Source: Parcubacteria group bacterium Gr01-1014_8
GTDB taxonomy: Bacteria > Patescibacteriota > Minisyncoccia > Phycocordibacterales > UBA2100
DNA: 64,000 bases
Assembly (NCBI GenBank): GCA_007376385.1
Contig: VMGC01000003.1
Coordinates: 69,259 to 133,258, forward strand
Reading direction: 5' to 3'
The notes beneath the pieces are model-generated. The model had not been told where the DNA came from and searched no databases. It worked only from the letters and a program-made list of their open reading frames with translations. Below are positions 1 to 10,086 of this stretch, piece after piece; position 1 is the stretch's first letter, and the number at the start of each line of letters is the position of its first letter. The position numbers and the translations under genes were made by a program.

Positions 1-248
1 TTCCCAGCCCTAGTACCGCCGATCCGTCTGATATAACGGCGACCATGCGGCCTTTCATTGTATAGATGCGGGCATCCTGCTTATGCTTTGCTACGTGGCT
101 GGATACCGCAGCAACACCCGGCGTATACACAAGGGATAGGTCGGCTCGATTCCTCACGGGAGCGGCCGGCAGTATTCGTATCTTTCCGCCAAGTTTCTTG
201 TGAAGTGCGAGAGCCTTTTTGGCGTTGTCATTTTTTTTCATACCGAGA

Positions 249-1763
249 CTATATACGTTTTCCGCGAAAAAATACAGCCTCCACGCTTCCTGGCATTTCT
301 CTGCCTTCAAGCGCTGACCATTTCACTTTTGTTTTGAGGTCCTCGCGCCGCACCTTTGTTTTTCTCTTTAGGTTCAACACAGTAAGGGAGCCGACAAAAC
401 CTTTTTTAACTTCACCGAACCCCTTCCCAAAATTTTGCTTTGGAAATTGTCTTTTTAGGAAAGGACTGACAAATTTCCCCGGATAGTATGCGGCTACCCG
501 TGCGATATCTTGTGAAGTGAATCCACATTCGTTCATAAGCCACGCGCAAACCAGTCCATACGTATCAAGCCACGGCGCTCCGCTGTGATTATTCTCGCAG
601 CACGTGGCGAAAAACAATTCTTTGTCTTTCTTTTTTATGTTTTCTGCTATTTCTTTGTTGTTTTTTCCCGGATACTCATTTGTGAATTTAGTGAATGCAG
701 AAAATTTCTCCTCTTCGGTGTGGGGCGCATGGTCTGTGGCAAGAAATTGGATAAACCCATCTTTCAGCCCTTTGATCAAGGCCTTCCGGTGCCCCGGCGC
801 CTGTATAGCAGGGTTCATCTGAATTTTCGTCCATAACGACGGATCAGCGTCGGTCATTGATGTATCGAACAGAAGGTGCAGCGGAGAAACTTCAAGCACA
901 ATGTCTGCTCCGCGCTTTCTTGCGGCTGTTATCATTTTGAAACTTATCCCCCCGATGGACCAATGACACAGTTTCGCTCGAATGTTGTATTTTTCGATGA
1001 GCGGAAGCAGTATTTTTAACCCTTCGTTCACGCACTCAAGCGGACGCCGTTCAGTATGTGTCTTCCCTGCTACATGCGCCTGAACTATCGGTTCATACTC
1101 GACATGGAACGACACATAATGGTGTTTATACTTGGCAAGAATTGCATCAAGCTCATCTCCATACGTTACCGTGAGGTCGCCTACTGATTTTCCAAAATAT
1201 AATTTGTAGAAATTCTCCCCGGGCTTGCCGAGCGGCTTCGTTTTCGGATCGATGCCAAGATAATTCAGGATAGAAACGGGGTGCGCGAGCTGCTTAACCC
1301 TGGCTCTGTGCCATGTCCATTGTTCTTTGCCTACAACGGGATTTGGGGTATTAGGCATCGCACTCACATGCACGACTCCTCCACTCAGCGCAGCATCCGC
1401 CGCTGTTTTGTAGTCTTCTTTATAGACCTGCTTTCCCGTGTCGTCCTCGCGGGCGTGTATGTGCACGTCTCCGAAACCAGCAAATAGTAAACAATCATCG
1501 TTGAAAATATAGGTCGCCTTTAAACCCTTTCCTCGCTTAGAGACATTTAGTATGAGACCCGTCTTGCTATCAATTTCTACAACTCCCCGGTAAGGCTTTT
1601 TATCATGCCCTGCGATCATCCCCTCGATGGTGACCGTCTTCATTAGTCGCCATTTAAGCACAGCGCCGCAGCAAGTGCCACACGTGAAATTATTACCCCC
1701 ACCACGCTTCCCCTTTTTTAGGCTTGAACCCAACTTCAAGGGCGCGGTTATTTGCGATAGCAC
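249..1763 (-). CDS. Cyclic amidohydrolase, dihydroorotase-like (metal-dependent hydrolase superfamily); true start probably near 1643 (MKTVTIEGM...)
   Basis: GFGDVHIHARED and DHAPH metal-binding motifs typical of dihydroorotase/allantoinase-type amidohydrolases; long ORF. Confidence 0.55.
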   Translation of the reverse strand: MLSQITAPLKLGSSLKKGKRGGGNNFTCGTCCGAVLKWRLMKTVTIEGMIAGHDKKPYRGVVEIDSKTGLILNVSKRGKGLKATYIFNDDCLLFAGFGDVHIHAREDDTGKQVYKEDYKTAADAALSGGVVHVSAMPNTPNPVVGKEQWTWHRARVKQLAHPVSILNYLGIDPKTKPLGKPGENFYKLYFGKSVGDLTVTYGDELDAILAKYKHHYVSFHVEYEPIVQAHVAGKTHTERRPLECVNEGLKILLPLIEKYNIRAKLCHWSIGGISFKMITAARKRGADIVLEVSPLHLLFDTSMTDADPSLWTKIQMNPAIQAPGHRKALIKGLKDGFIQFLATDHAPHTEEEKFSAFTKFTNEYPGKNNKEIAENIKKKDKELFFATCCENNHSGAPWLDTYGLVCAWLMNECGFTSQDIARVAAYYPGKFVSPFLKRQFPKQNFGKGFGEVKKGFVGSLTVLNLKRKTKVRREDLKTKVKWSALEGREMPGSVEAVFFRGKRI

Positions 1764-2010
1764 GCAACTCTTCTTTCGCCTGAAAATTAGTCATCAAATC
1801 TGATCTTAAAATGTCTCTCTTCAGAGCATCAAGCGCATGCAGCGTATGCGCCAGTTTCAATTTACCCGTGAAATCCTTTATATGACTCTGCACAGACTTT
1901 GAGTAGTTGTTATGGACAGCGCTGGCGAGAAACTCATCGGAAGGTTCGGGCATCGAACGATCAACCATGCTCAGAGTATACCCCGTGAGATAGAGATATA
2001 GCGATTGCAA
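1693..2010 (-). CDS. Hypothetical protein (105 aa)
   Basis: ORF only, no recognisable motif; overlaps the upstream-extended start of the neighbouring ORF. Confidence 0.25.
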   Translation of the reverse strand: MQSLYLYLTGYTLSMVDRSMPEPSDEFLASAVHNNYSKSVQSHIKDFTGKLKLAHTLHALDALKRDILRSDLMTNFQAKEELRAIANNRALEVGFKPKKGEAWWG

Positions 2011-2118
2011 TGAGCAGACGAGCTATTTCTGAAATAATTACTGGTGAAATATGACGAGCCGTTATCTCATGGGGTATACGCCCTATCGGAACCGGCTCAC
2101 GCAGGGAAGTGGACAGTT

Positions 2119-4110
2119 TTAAACAAGCGGCTGATGCTCGATGTCTTCCTTCTTTTTTGGAACAATTCCGTGCGCGATGAGGATCTTTTCGAATTCTTCT
2201 CGTTCGATGGTCTCGACTTCAATGAGTTGCTTTGCGATAGCGTCCAAAACCTTGCGATATTTCTTCATGACGTCTTCTGCCCGCTTGTATGCGCCCTCGA
2301 CTATCTTTTTCACTTCCGAATCTATCGCGGCTGATACTTCCTCCGATAACTCTCCGGGTTCGATACCAGCACCAAAAAGTGTCCGGCCAGGCGCAGCTTC
2401 GAGCGCGACGGGCCCCATCTTGTCCGACATACCATACTTGGTGACCATGTCGCGCGCCAGCGCTGAGAGAACCTGCAGGTCATTTGATGCTCCTGTCGTG
2501 ATGTCGTTGAAGATCATCTTTTCTGCGATGTACCCGCCAAGAGAAACAGCGATATCATCCAAAAATTCCAGTTTCGATTGCATGCGTCGGTCTTCAAGCG
2601 GAAGTTTGAGCGTGTATCCTGCAGCGCGCCCGCGCGAAATGATAGAAACTTTGTGTACGGGGTCCGCATACGTCAAGACCGACGCAATGAGCGCATGTCC
2701 CGCCTCGTGATACGCCGTTATCTCCTTCTCTTTCTTGTTAAGCACGTGGCTCCGCCTCTCTGGTCCAAGCATCACCTTCTCTATCGAACGAATGAGGTCG
2801 TATTGTGTCACTTCCTTTCTGTCCTCGCGCGCAGCAAGGATTGCAGCCTCATTCATAAGATTCGCCAAGTCCGCGCCTGAAAACCCCGGGGTTCTCTCTG
2901 CAATGACCATAAGATTCGTATCCGGCCCCATCGGTTTCTGCCTCGCGTGTATCTTGAGGATCGCTTCGCGATCCGACCTGTCCGGCAGATCGATAGTTAC
3001 CCGCCTGTCGAATCGCCCGGGACGAAGCAGAGCGGGATCAAGCACGTCCGGACGGTTCGATGCCGCCATGACGATAACTTTTTCATTCGGTTCAAATCCA
3101 TCCATCTCGACGAGTATTTGGTTCAACGTCTGTTCGCGCTCATCATTTCCCCCTCCCACTCCAGAACCACGAACTCGCCCGACAGCGTCTATCTCATCCA
3201 TGAACACAATGGCCGGTGCGGCTTTTTTCGCGGTTTGAAATAAGTCACGTACGCGCGAAGCGCCGACACCCACGAACATCTCCACAAATTCAGAACCGGA
3301 TATTGAAAAGAAAGGAACACCTGCTTCACCCGCAACCGCTCGTGCTAAGAGCGTCTTTCCTGTTCCAGGCGCGCCCATCAAGAGAACACCCTTGGGGATA
3401 CGCGCGCCTATCTGAATGAACTTTTTTGGATTCTTCAAAAAGTCGACTATCTCTGCAAGTTCCGCTTTTGCTTCTTTTGCACCGGCAACATCTGCGAACG
3501 TAACTTTTTGAACCGTATCTTCCGGAGAAATAAGACGAGCCATCGAGCGACCAAAAGTGAATGCTTGCATGCCGGCACCCCTCACCTGCCTTGAAAGGAA
3601 CCACATGATGCCAAGAAGAAGCAAAACCGGGATTAAAAGCGGCGCGAGCGTGAGAAACCAAAAGCGCGCGCCGCCCTGGTCCTGTATCTCTATCTTTATT
3701 GCCGCAATCTCCTCCGGTGAAAGTCCGTAACGCGCTAAGGTCTCGGTAAGCGGCGCCTCTCCTTCCTTCTGCGAAGTTTTTTCACTTTCATCTTTGTATG
3801 TTGCCTTGATAGTGTCACCTTCAACGGTGAGAGACACTACTTTGTCATCGCGAATGTCATTGGCAAGCTGCGATATTGCTATCTCATCCGCCCCGCTCTC
3901 AATATATTTGCGAACTGCCGAATAGCCCGCTGAAAGTACGAGAAAAACTGCGAACGCAACTGCTAGCTGCATCCAAATACCCGGTCCTTCCGACGGAGGA
4001 ACGGCGGGTTTTTTCCCTTTTTTTCCGTGCAGATCGCCCGGAGTCATTTCTTCGGACATAGACAGCGCATTATACATAAATAGCTTGTCGCAGCTAGTTT
4101 GCGGCGACAA
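2119..4110 (-). CDS. ftsH: ATP-dependent zinc metalloprotease FtsH
   Basis: N-terminal TM segments, AAA+ Walker A GAPGTGKT, second-region-of-homology, HEAGH zinc motif. Confidence 0.95.
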   Translation of the reverse strand: MSPQTSCDKLFMYNALSMSEEMTPGDLHGKKGKKPAVPPSEGPGIWMQLAVAFAVFLVLSAGYSAVRKYIESGADEIAISQLANDIRDDKVVSLTVEGDTIKATYKDESEKTSQKEGEAPLTETLARYGLSPEEIAAIKIEIQDQGGARFWFLTLAPLLIPVLLLLGIMWFLSRQVRGAGMQAFTFGRSMARLISPEDTVQKVTFADVAGAKEAKAELAEIVDFLKNPKKFIQIGARIPKGVLLMGAPGTGKTLLARAVAGEAGVPFFSISGSEFVEMFVGVGASRVRDLFQTAKKAAPAIVFMDEIDAVGRVRGSGVGGGNDEREQTLNQILVEMDGFEPNEKVIVMAASNRPDVLDPALLRPGRFDRRVTIDLPDRSDREAILKIHARQKPMGPDTNLMVIAERTPGFSGADLANLMNEAAILAAREDRKEVTQYDLIRSIEKVMLGPERRSHVLNKKEKEITAYHEAGHALIASVLTYADPVHKVSIISRGRAAGYTLKLPLEDRRMQSKLEFLDDIAVSLGGYIAEKMIFNDITTGASNDLQVLSALARDMVTKYGMSDKMGPVALEAAPGRTLFGAGIEPGELSEEVSAAIDSEVKKIVEGAYKRAEDVMKKYRKVLDAIAKQLIEVETIEREEFEKILIAHGIVPKKKEDIEHQPLV

Positions 4111-4166
4111 GAAAAGATAAAGAAAATGGTAAAGAAATTACCTGTAGTTCAGGTTATAGTGTCGTC

Positions 4167-4610
4167 ATGTCGCTGATAGATAACAAGCGCGGGCTCTTCG
4201 ATTACTCGGTTCTTGAAGAACTCGAGGCTGGTATCGAGTTGTTTGGCTGCGAAGTGAAATCTCTTAGAAACAAACAAGGCTCCTTGAAAGGCGCTCGCGT
4301 CGTTGCGCGCGGCGGCGAAGCATATCTTGTTGGCGCTACCATACCTGCATGGCAAATGGCGAACGCCCCCAAGAGCTATGATCCGGAGCGACCGCGCCGA
4401 TTGCTCTTAAATCAGAAGGAAATCGCCCATATTGCCTCCGCAGAGGGGGAAAAGGGATTGACAGCAGTGCCGATTTCAGTGTATAATAGAGGGCAACGAT
4501 TGAAGCTCGGCATTGCTATCGCGCGCGGGAGGAAAAAAGAAGATAAACGTCATACAATACGTGCGCGCGAGGAGGAAAGAAGGATCGAGAGAACGAAAAA
4601 GCGGAAATAG
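4167..4610 (+). CDS. smpB: SsrA-binding protein SmpB
   Basis: Conserved SmpB N-terminus (NKRGLFDYSVLEELEAGIELFGCEVKSLR) and basic C-terminal tail; tmRNA gene directly downstream. Confidence 0.9.
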   Translation: MSLIDNKRGLFDYSVLEELEAGIELFGCEVKSLRNKQGSLKGARVVARGGEAYLVGATIPAWQMANAPKSYDPERPRRLLLNQKEIAHIASAEGEKGLTAVPISVYNRGQRLKLGIAIARGRKKEDKRHTIRAREEERRIERTKKRK

Positions 4611-4646
4611 TTTGCGGATTTGGATGGACACTGAGGGAGACTGAAG

Positions 4647-4787
4647 ATGGACGACGAACTGCTGTTTATACTCATCGTTATCGTAGGAATCCTACTCTGT
4701 GTGGCATCTCCTTGGTGTATAGAGATATACACCTGGGTTAAGGGGAAGAGCGAATCTCTTTTCCGGGTCTTGCGACTAAAAGAGTAG
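4647..4787 (+). CDS. Candidate 46-aa single-TM micro-protein (MDDELLFILIVIVGILLCVASPWC...)
   Basis: ATG preceded by GAGGGAG about 8 nt upstream, hydrophobic core; below the ORF-track length cutoff. Confidence 0.2.
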   Translation: MDDELLFILIVIVGILLCVASPWCIEIYTWVKGKSESLFRVLRLKE

Positions 4788-4899
4788 CCCGTGCGGACGA
4801 TCGAGGGCCACCCGGTCGTCTGCCTGTCCAAATTCGGAAACAGTTCTTTGAAAATTAAACAGCCAGTCCCCACCTCTGAACCTGAATCAGGTTCAGAGG

Positions 4900-5289
4900 T
4901 GGGGGGTGACTGGTTTCGACAGGAAATTCAATGTGCTTGTGTGCAAGACGGAAGTGAGAACCTTCCTAAAAAATCTCAAACTCTAAGTGCAAACAAAACT
5001 GCACGGGGGGTTCTTTCGCCGATTCAGGCGAAAGACCTCGGCCTCGTTTTCGCTTAATCGCCCAAACGACCGTTCGTTCAGCGGGTACTCGATACCGTTG
5101 ACGCGAGCGTCATAACCATCGAGTCCGGTTTCTATTTCACTCCGAGTAGAGACTTAAAGAAAGAGAGTTAGCCGACGTATGCTTTCGTTCATCTTCTACA
5201 TACATCGGCGAATCTTCAAGATGAACTACGTCTTGTAGACGCGCCTGTGCATCATTTCTTGGACTCGAGTTCAATTCTCGACACCTCCA
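4900..5289 (+). ncRNA. ssrA: tmRNA (SsrA)
   Basis: 5' GGGGGUGACUGGUUUCGACAGG start; 3' tRNA-like end GGACUCGAGUUCAAUUCUCGACACCUCCA whose CACCUCC pairs with 5' GGGGGUG as acceptor stem. Internal tag reading frame ends ...AKDLGLVFA-TAA at 5055-5057. Lies next to smpB. Confidence 0.8.
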
Positions 5290-5346
5290 CTCGATTCGCC
5301 TCTCGCTAACGCTTGAGGCTCGCTCGTGGCAAGCCACCAGTCAATA

Positions 5347-5373
5347 CAAAAACCGCCAAAGATGGCGGTTTTT
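5347..5373. terminator. Bidirectional rho-independent terminator (A-run / GC hairpin / T-run) between ssrA and the convergent micro-ORF
   Basis: aaaaccgcc-aaagat-ggcggttttt. Confidence 0.6.
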
Positions 5374-5392
5374 GTATGTGAACACGTTAATT

Positions 5393-5506
5393 TCACTCCT
5401 CGATCTTCGAGCGATTTGTGGGGCACGACTTACCGCATCCAGAACACGAGCCATCTCCCGGCTTGCACGTGCTGTGTTCTCCGCAATCACATTCGTCTGG
5501 ATTCAT
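5393..5506 (-). CDS. Candidate 37-aa Cys-rich metallothionein-like peptide (MNPDECDCGEHSTCKPGDGSCSGCGKSCPTNRSKIEE)
   Basis: 7 Cys in 37 aa with CxC / CxxC spacing resembling bacterial SmtA-type metallothioneins; below the ORF-track cutoff. Confidence 0.3.
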   Translation of the reverse strand: MNPDECDCGEHSTCKPGDGSCSGCGKSCPTNRSKIEE

Positions 5507-5572
5507 ACTAGTTAACGACTGTTATGAATAAACTACTGCAATCGTATACCCGTATATTTCTCTGTAAAGATG

Positions 5573-6292
5573 CTACAACTCTATTCCCACGGTCACGCTC
5601 ACCGTTCCATCTCCCGCATCCTGAATGTATGCAGCAAACGTCCGAGTATCTTTCTTAGCGGCAATAACGTTCGTGCCTGCCATGTTCGCAGAGGCGTCGA
5701 TTGTCCAACCCTCTGCTTTCAAGCGCGAATTGTAATAGTCGAGGATGCTCTGCGCCGATGCTTTCGTCGTGTAAACAACCGCAGAGCCAGCCGCACCGGT
5801 CGCTGGATTCGTCGAACCGGAATACATAATCGTTGCTCCCGAATATACAGGAGGTGCATCTGATGGCCAATTGCTAGGCATGCCTGCACCGCTTCCGACT
5901 GTCACGCTTCCTTCACCCGTATTATACGTAACTGTGCCATCAGAGTTTCTGTCAACATCGGCACCATTCACTCCAGGAAGATAAGCCGAACCAATAGAAC
6001 CGCCTCGACCTCCCACACCTCCGAAGATGGCTACGAGCAATAAGACAACTGCTACCCCGCCGACTATCCAGAGTATTTTCTTGTTTTTGCCAGCCGGGGC
6101 CGGCGTTGCGCTTGTTCCTTCATCCATAATATATATGTGTCTATAAATAAGTACCCGCAGTCTCTCATCGGTCGCATTCCTGTGCAAGGCTGCATGGGGT
6201 AATGTTCCCCACTGCTTGCCGTCCTCAATGATATGAGACAATTGCCGGACAATACAAACCCGCATATGCAACGAGCGAATTGGTGGAAACAC
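5573..6292 (-). CDS. Hypothetical signal-anchored Gly/Ser/Thr-rich exported protein
   Basis: N-terminal TM segment ILWIVGGVAVVLLLVAIFGG followed by a low-complexity extracellular region. Confidence 0.5.
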   Translation of the reverse strand: MFPPIRSLHMRVCIVRQLSHIIEDGKQWGTLPHAALHRNATDERLRVLIYRHIYIMDEGTSATPAPAGKNKKILWIVGGVAVVLLLVAIFGGVGGRGGSIGSAYLPGVNGADVDRNSDGTVTYNTGEGSVTVGSGAGMPSNWPSDAPPVYSGATIMYSGSTNPATGAAGSAVVYTTKASAQSILDYYNSRLKAEGWTIDASANMAGTNVIAAKKDTRTFAAYIQDAGDGTVSVTVGIEL

Positions 6293-7537
6293 GCGAAAAT
6301 TTACGAACTCTATATCGATAAATTCGCAGGCACTATCAGCGGTCTTACGTCAAAGTTGGACTACTTTACGCATTTGGGAATAAACACTCTGCACGTTCTT
6401 CCGCACTATCCTTCCCCGATGGTCGACGATGGGTATGACGTGACAGATTATCAGAATGTACGTCCGGAATTAGGCACGCTCGATGATTTCAAGAAATTCC
6501 TCAACGAGGCACATAGCCGGGATATATATGTCATCGTCGATTTTGTTCTAAACCACGTCTCGAGTGAACACCCCTGGTTTGTCGAAGCGCGCGCGACCAG
6601 AGAAAACCCCAAACGCAATTTCTTTCTGTGGAGTAACACCGGTCAAGAATTCAAGAACGCGCGGAATGCGTTCGTGGATATTAAGCCATCGAATTGGATA
6701 AAGAACGAGTTAACGGAAGATTATTACTACGCAACATTCTATCCGGAACAACCTGATCTGAATTGGGACAACCCGCTCGTTTTTGAAGAGATGCTCCAAT
6801 ATGCGAAATTTTGGGTGGATCTGGGTGTCGACGGCTTTCGTTTGGACGCCGTGCCGTTCCTCATTAAACGTGAAAACTCACCTTCTCTTGGTCTACCAGA
6901 GACGCATGCGATCTTGAAAAAGATACGCGCGCAGCTCGATGAAAAATATAGCGGCCGGATCGCGCTCCTTGGAGAGGCACATCAGGAACTGAGAGACATG
7001 ATGCAGTACTTTGGCGATGGCGACGAATGCCACATGCTGTATCATTTCCCCATGATGGAACAAATGCTTCTTGCACTGATGCGAAATGATGATTCTGCGG
7101 TTCGCACAATGGTTCAAGCATCGTCCGACATTCCCCCTTCATGTGAGTGGGCAGTGTTTGTGAGAAATCACGACGACATCTCTCTCACAACGCTTCCAGA
7201 TGCCGACCGTATGGAACTCGTTGATTTTCTTGACCCTCAACATCGCTATCCATTCAGCAATCACACGACGACTTCGATGCGCTTGGGAAGCATTTTTGAG
7301 AATCATTCTTCTCGCGTTCTTGAGGCGCTTGAATTGCTGTATTCAGTGCCGGGAGTCAAAGTTCTTTACTACGGCGACGAGATCGGGATGAAGAATCTCC
7401 CTCTTCAGGAAGGCGTGCGCGATTCGCGCGTGTATGTTCGCGGGGAATTCGATTGGAACAGCGCAAATACGATGCTTGCAGACCCCGATTCGCTTTTAAA
7501 CAAGGTCGCGAGATGTATCAAGCGCAGTGCTGCCTGA
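6233..7537 (+). CDS. GH13 alpha-amylase-family glycoside hydrolase (trehalose synthase / alpha-glucosidase-like catalytic domain); start may be M12 at 6266
   Basis: WWKHAKIYELY, DGYDVTDY, VIVDFVLNHVS, GFRLDAVPFL conserved GH13 regions. Confidence 0.8.
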   Translation: MRQLPDNTNPHMQRANWWKHAKIYELYIDKFAGTISGLTSKLDYFTHLGINTLHVLPHYPSPMVDDGYDVTDYQNVRPELGTLDDFKKFLNEAHSRDIYVIVDFVLNHVSSEHPWFVEARATRENPKRNFFLWSNTGQEFKNARNAFVDIKPSNWIKNELTEDYYYATFYPEQPDLNWDNPLVFEEMLQYAKFWVDLGVDGFRLDAVPFLIKRENSPSLGLPETHAILKKIRAQLDEKYSGRIALLGEAHQELRDMMQYFGDGDECHMLYHFPMMEQMLLALMRNDDSAVRTMVQASSDIPPSCEWAVFVRNHDDISLTTLPDADRMELVDFLDPQHRYPFSNHTTTSMRLGSIFENHSSRVLEALELLYSVPGVKVLYYGDEIGMKNLPLQEGVRDSRVYVRGEFDWNSANTMLADPDSLLNKVARCIKRSAA

Positions 7538-8775
7538 TCTGCGATCCTCTCTTTCCTGCCGGCGAACTGTTTCGTGTACACAAGCCCTTCTTGATATACT
7601 TGCCGCACATGAAGTTGGCAGTAGTAGCAAGCATCGATAAGACAACGACGCCAAGCAGCAAAGGCGGGATGGAAGTTTGGACCTCCAATTTTGTCTTGGA
7701 AAGTTCGAAGCGAGGCCACCACATAGATCTGTACGCGACGGAGGGTTCGATACACGGTGAACGCGTCCGTCTCATCCCATCCCTGGATCGCCCGCTAAAC
7801 GATTACTTTTCCGACGAATATTTCACTGAAAATCCAGGAGATTTCGACAAGCGCAAGGAGAAATTCATGTCGACCGTCTACGCATCATTGCTCAAAAAAG
7901 TCCGCGATCAGGAAGATGGCTACGACATAATAGTCGATAGCGTCGCGTATCCTTCATTCTCTTTCAATACAAATACATTTCATAAGCCGGTTCTGACGAT
8001 CGGACATTTTCCTGTTGAGTTCATGCTGAAATTTTATGTCAAAACACTTGGCTGGCCGGAAAATAATACCGTAGTCTTTCCTTCTCGGTTCCAGAATGAC
8101 CACGCCACCTTCTTACCTGAATCAAAAAGGCACGTCATTCCTCACGGCATCGATGAGGCATCGCTGACCTTCAGTCCGGAAGGGGGGAGTGGCATGCTCT
8201 GGATGGCGCGAGTACACCATAAATTCATGAACAAGGGTCTCGACGACGCGTTGACGGTCGCGAACACTCTTAAAAGACCGATATATGCCACGGGGTTCAT
8301 TGAACGCTCTTCTCGAGCGTATTTTGATGAGATCATACGCCCGCTCCTCTCAGAGTATGCAACATTCGATGAACAAGGTATGGCAACTCCAATCGATAAA
8401 AGCCACGTGTTCGGAAACGCAAAACTTTTTCTTTTCCCTCTCAAATGGGAAGAAGCATTCGGTTTGGTCATGTTGGAATCGCTTGCCTGCGGGACACCCG
8501 TCGTGGCGTACGCGCGCGGCGCTGTTCCCGAGATAATCGAAGATGGCACCACGGGATTCATCGTAAATTCCAGCGCGGATGATATTCGAGGCGCATTCAC
8601 CATACAAAAAACTGGCCAGGAAGGTCTTTGCGAAGCAGTTGAGCGTATATATGCCATGAGCAAAGCAGACTACGCCGAAATGAGACGAGCTTGCCGTGCC
8701 CGCATCGAGAAATCGTTCACACGTAGAAGAATGTTCGATGGCTACGAACAGCTTTTCACGACGATCACAACTTAA
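7453..8775 (+). CDS. GT4-family glycosyltransferase; likely true start ATG 7609 (MKLAVVAS...)
   Basis: C-terminal GT-B motif FGLVMLESLACGTPVVAYARGAVPEIIEDGTTGF; the ORF-track 5' extension uses TTG and overlaps the GH13 gene in another frame. Confidence 0.8.
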   Translation: MEQRKYDACRPRFAFKQGREMYQAQCCLICDPLFPAGELFRVHKPFLIYLPHMKLAVVASIDKTTTPSSKGGMEVWTSNFVLESSKRGHHIDLYATEGSIHGERVRLIPSLDRPLNDYFSDEYFTENPGDFDKRKEKFMSTVYASLLKKVRDQEDGYDIIVDSVAYPSFSFNTNTFHKPVLTIGHFPVEFMLKFYVKTLGWPENNTVVFPSRFQNDHATFLPESKRHVIPHGIDEASLTFSPEGGSGMLWMARVHHKFMNKGLDDALTVANTLKRPIYATGFIERSSRAYFDEIIRPLLSEYATFDEQGMATPIDKSHVFGNAKLFLFPLKWEEAFGLVMLESLACGTPVVAYARGAVPEIIEDGTTGFIVNSSADDIRGAFTIQKTGQEGLCEAVERIYAMSKADYAEMRRACRARIEKSFTRRRMFDGYEQLFTTITT

Positions 8776-10079
8776 CGTACTTCACCAAGACTGGGGATCG
8801 CAAGACGGCGGCGGGCAGTCCCTCCTTTGAAGAGTTGCGTTGCGCGTTCTGGCAGGTCACCTCGTTCACCAAGATGAGCGCCAAATTTCATTGCCTCGAA
8901 ACTTGAGCCCAAAAACACGACATGCTTCCCGTATTTCTCTGAAAGTTCATCTACGCTTTCGAACACCTGCTTCAAACCCTCCTTTGCATGAACAGCCCCA
9001 AAAAGATCGAGCTGAACCGGAGCGTGTTTCTTTAATTTCATGAGCGTGATGCCGGTTGCACGATAGAACTCTCCTTTTTTGAACACGTTCGGAAAGTATT
9101 CTGCGACTGTTCGCACAATATCCTGCGGCAGATTTGTGTGGTGTGAGAGCTTAATTTCGCATCCATGATATTTGAAATCCTGTGTTTTAAGAAAAAAGAA
9201 GATCTCAAGCGTGGAGAGATCCCATTTGCGCACCTTTATACATGCATTTTCTATATTTTTTGAGAGTTGAGAAAACACGAATTTTTGGTCGCGGGAAGGA
9301 GGCGTAAAAGTTTTCGTCTTGCTGATGGATCGGTATGATTCCTTGCGTTCGGTTGTTATCTCATATGTCATTTCACCTCGCAGCTCGTGCCAGATCTCAA
9401 CATATGGTTTAGAAAGCATCGCTGTTACCCACGTCTCTTCTTTGTTCACGAGATCTTGTATGCTTCTGACCCCGTATTTATTGAGATACTGGGCAGTGTT
9501 CGGTCCAATGCCCCATACAGAGCAAATGGGAAGCTTCTCTAAAAATTTATGTGCATCTCTAAGCGGGATCGCGGTGCATCCGTCCGGCTTCTTCCATTTC
9601 GAGCCGATCTTTGCGAGCACTTTCGTCGCCGAAAGTCCGATCGAGAATGTCATGCCGAGTTCTGTATCAAGTTCGCGTTTTATCTGCAATGCCGTTTCAG
9701 GATAATTCATCTTATTCACGCGGCGCATGCCGGTAATATCAGCAAAGCACTCATCGATTGAATACTCTTCAACTGCCGGCGTATAACGGCGCACGATCTC
9801 ATACATGCGCTCTGAGAAAAGCGAGTACGTTTCGTAATCGGATGGCAAAATGACTGCCTCGGGGCACAATTTTCTTGCTTCTCCTAATTTCATCCCGCGC
9901 TTTACGCCCCGCGCCTTCACGTCGTACGTGCATGCTGAGACGATGCCGCGTTCTTTTCCCGTAATGACTGGTTTCCCTCTCAGACGCGGATCTTTTGCCA
10001 CCTCACATGCTGCGAAAAAAGAATCTCCGTCAATATGAAGAATGGCATGAGGAAAAGAAGCTGAGATCCCCCATGTCAT
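8772..10079 (-). CDS. dinB: Y-family DNA polymerase IV (DinB-like)
   Basis: ILHIDGDSFFAACE N-terminal Y-family motif, palm/fingers/little-finger-length ORF, sits immediately downstream of lexA. Confidence 0.85.
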   Translation of the reverse strand: MTWGISASFPHAILHIDGDSFFAACEVAKDPRLRGKPVITGKERGIVSACTYDVKARGVKRGMKLGEARKLCPEAVILPSDYETYSLFSERMYEIVRRYTPAVEEYSIDECFADITGMRRVNKMNYPETALQIKRELDTELGMTFSIGLSATKVLAKIGSKWKKPDGCTAIPLRDAHKFLEKLPICSVWGIGPNTAQYLNKYGVRSIQDLVNKEETWVTAMLSKPYVEIWHELRGEMTYEITTERKESYRSISKTKTFTPPSRDQKFVFSQLSKNIENACIKVRKWDLSTLEIFFFLKTQDFKYHGCEIKLSHHTNLPQDIVRTVAEYFPNVFKKGEFYRATGITLMKLKKHAPVQLDLFGAVHAKEGLKQVFESVDELSEKYGKHVVFLGSSFEAMKFGAHLGERGDLPERATQLFKGGTARRRLAIPSLGEVR

Positions 10080-10086
10080 ACGCGTA

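Noticed and set aside
2141-3661. Multiple + strand ORFs inside ftsH, and similar antisense ORFs inside secY, tuf, dinB, purD, AMP-ligase and TraD-like genes
   Set aside because: They are antisense to well-supported genes, Ser/Arg/Ala-rich translations typical of GC-skewed antisense frames.
4550-5337. Track ORFs 4550-4873(-), 4791-5057(+), 5137-5337(-)
   Set aside because: They overlap the tmRNA gene. The + ORF merely contains the tmRNA tag-reading frame, and the others are antisense. They are not protein genes.
6233-8775. Possibility that the GH13 gene and the GT4 gene are one frameshifted fusion gene
   Set aside because: The ORFs are in different frames with an 85-nt overlap that exists only because of a TTG-extended start. 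A canonical MKLAVV GT4 start at 7609 gives two normal genes separated by 71 nt.
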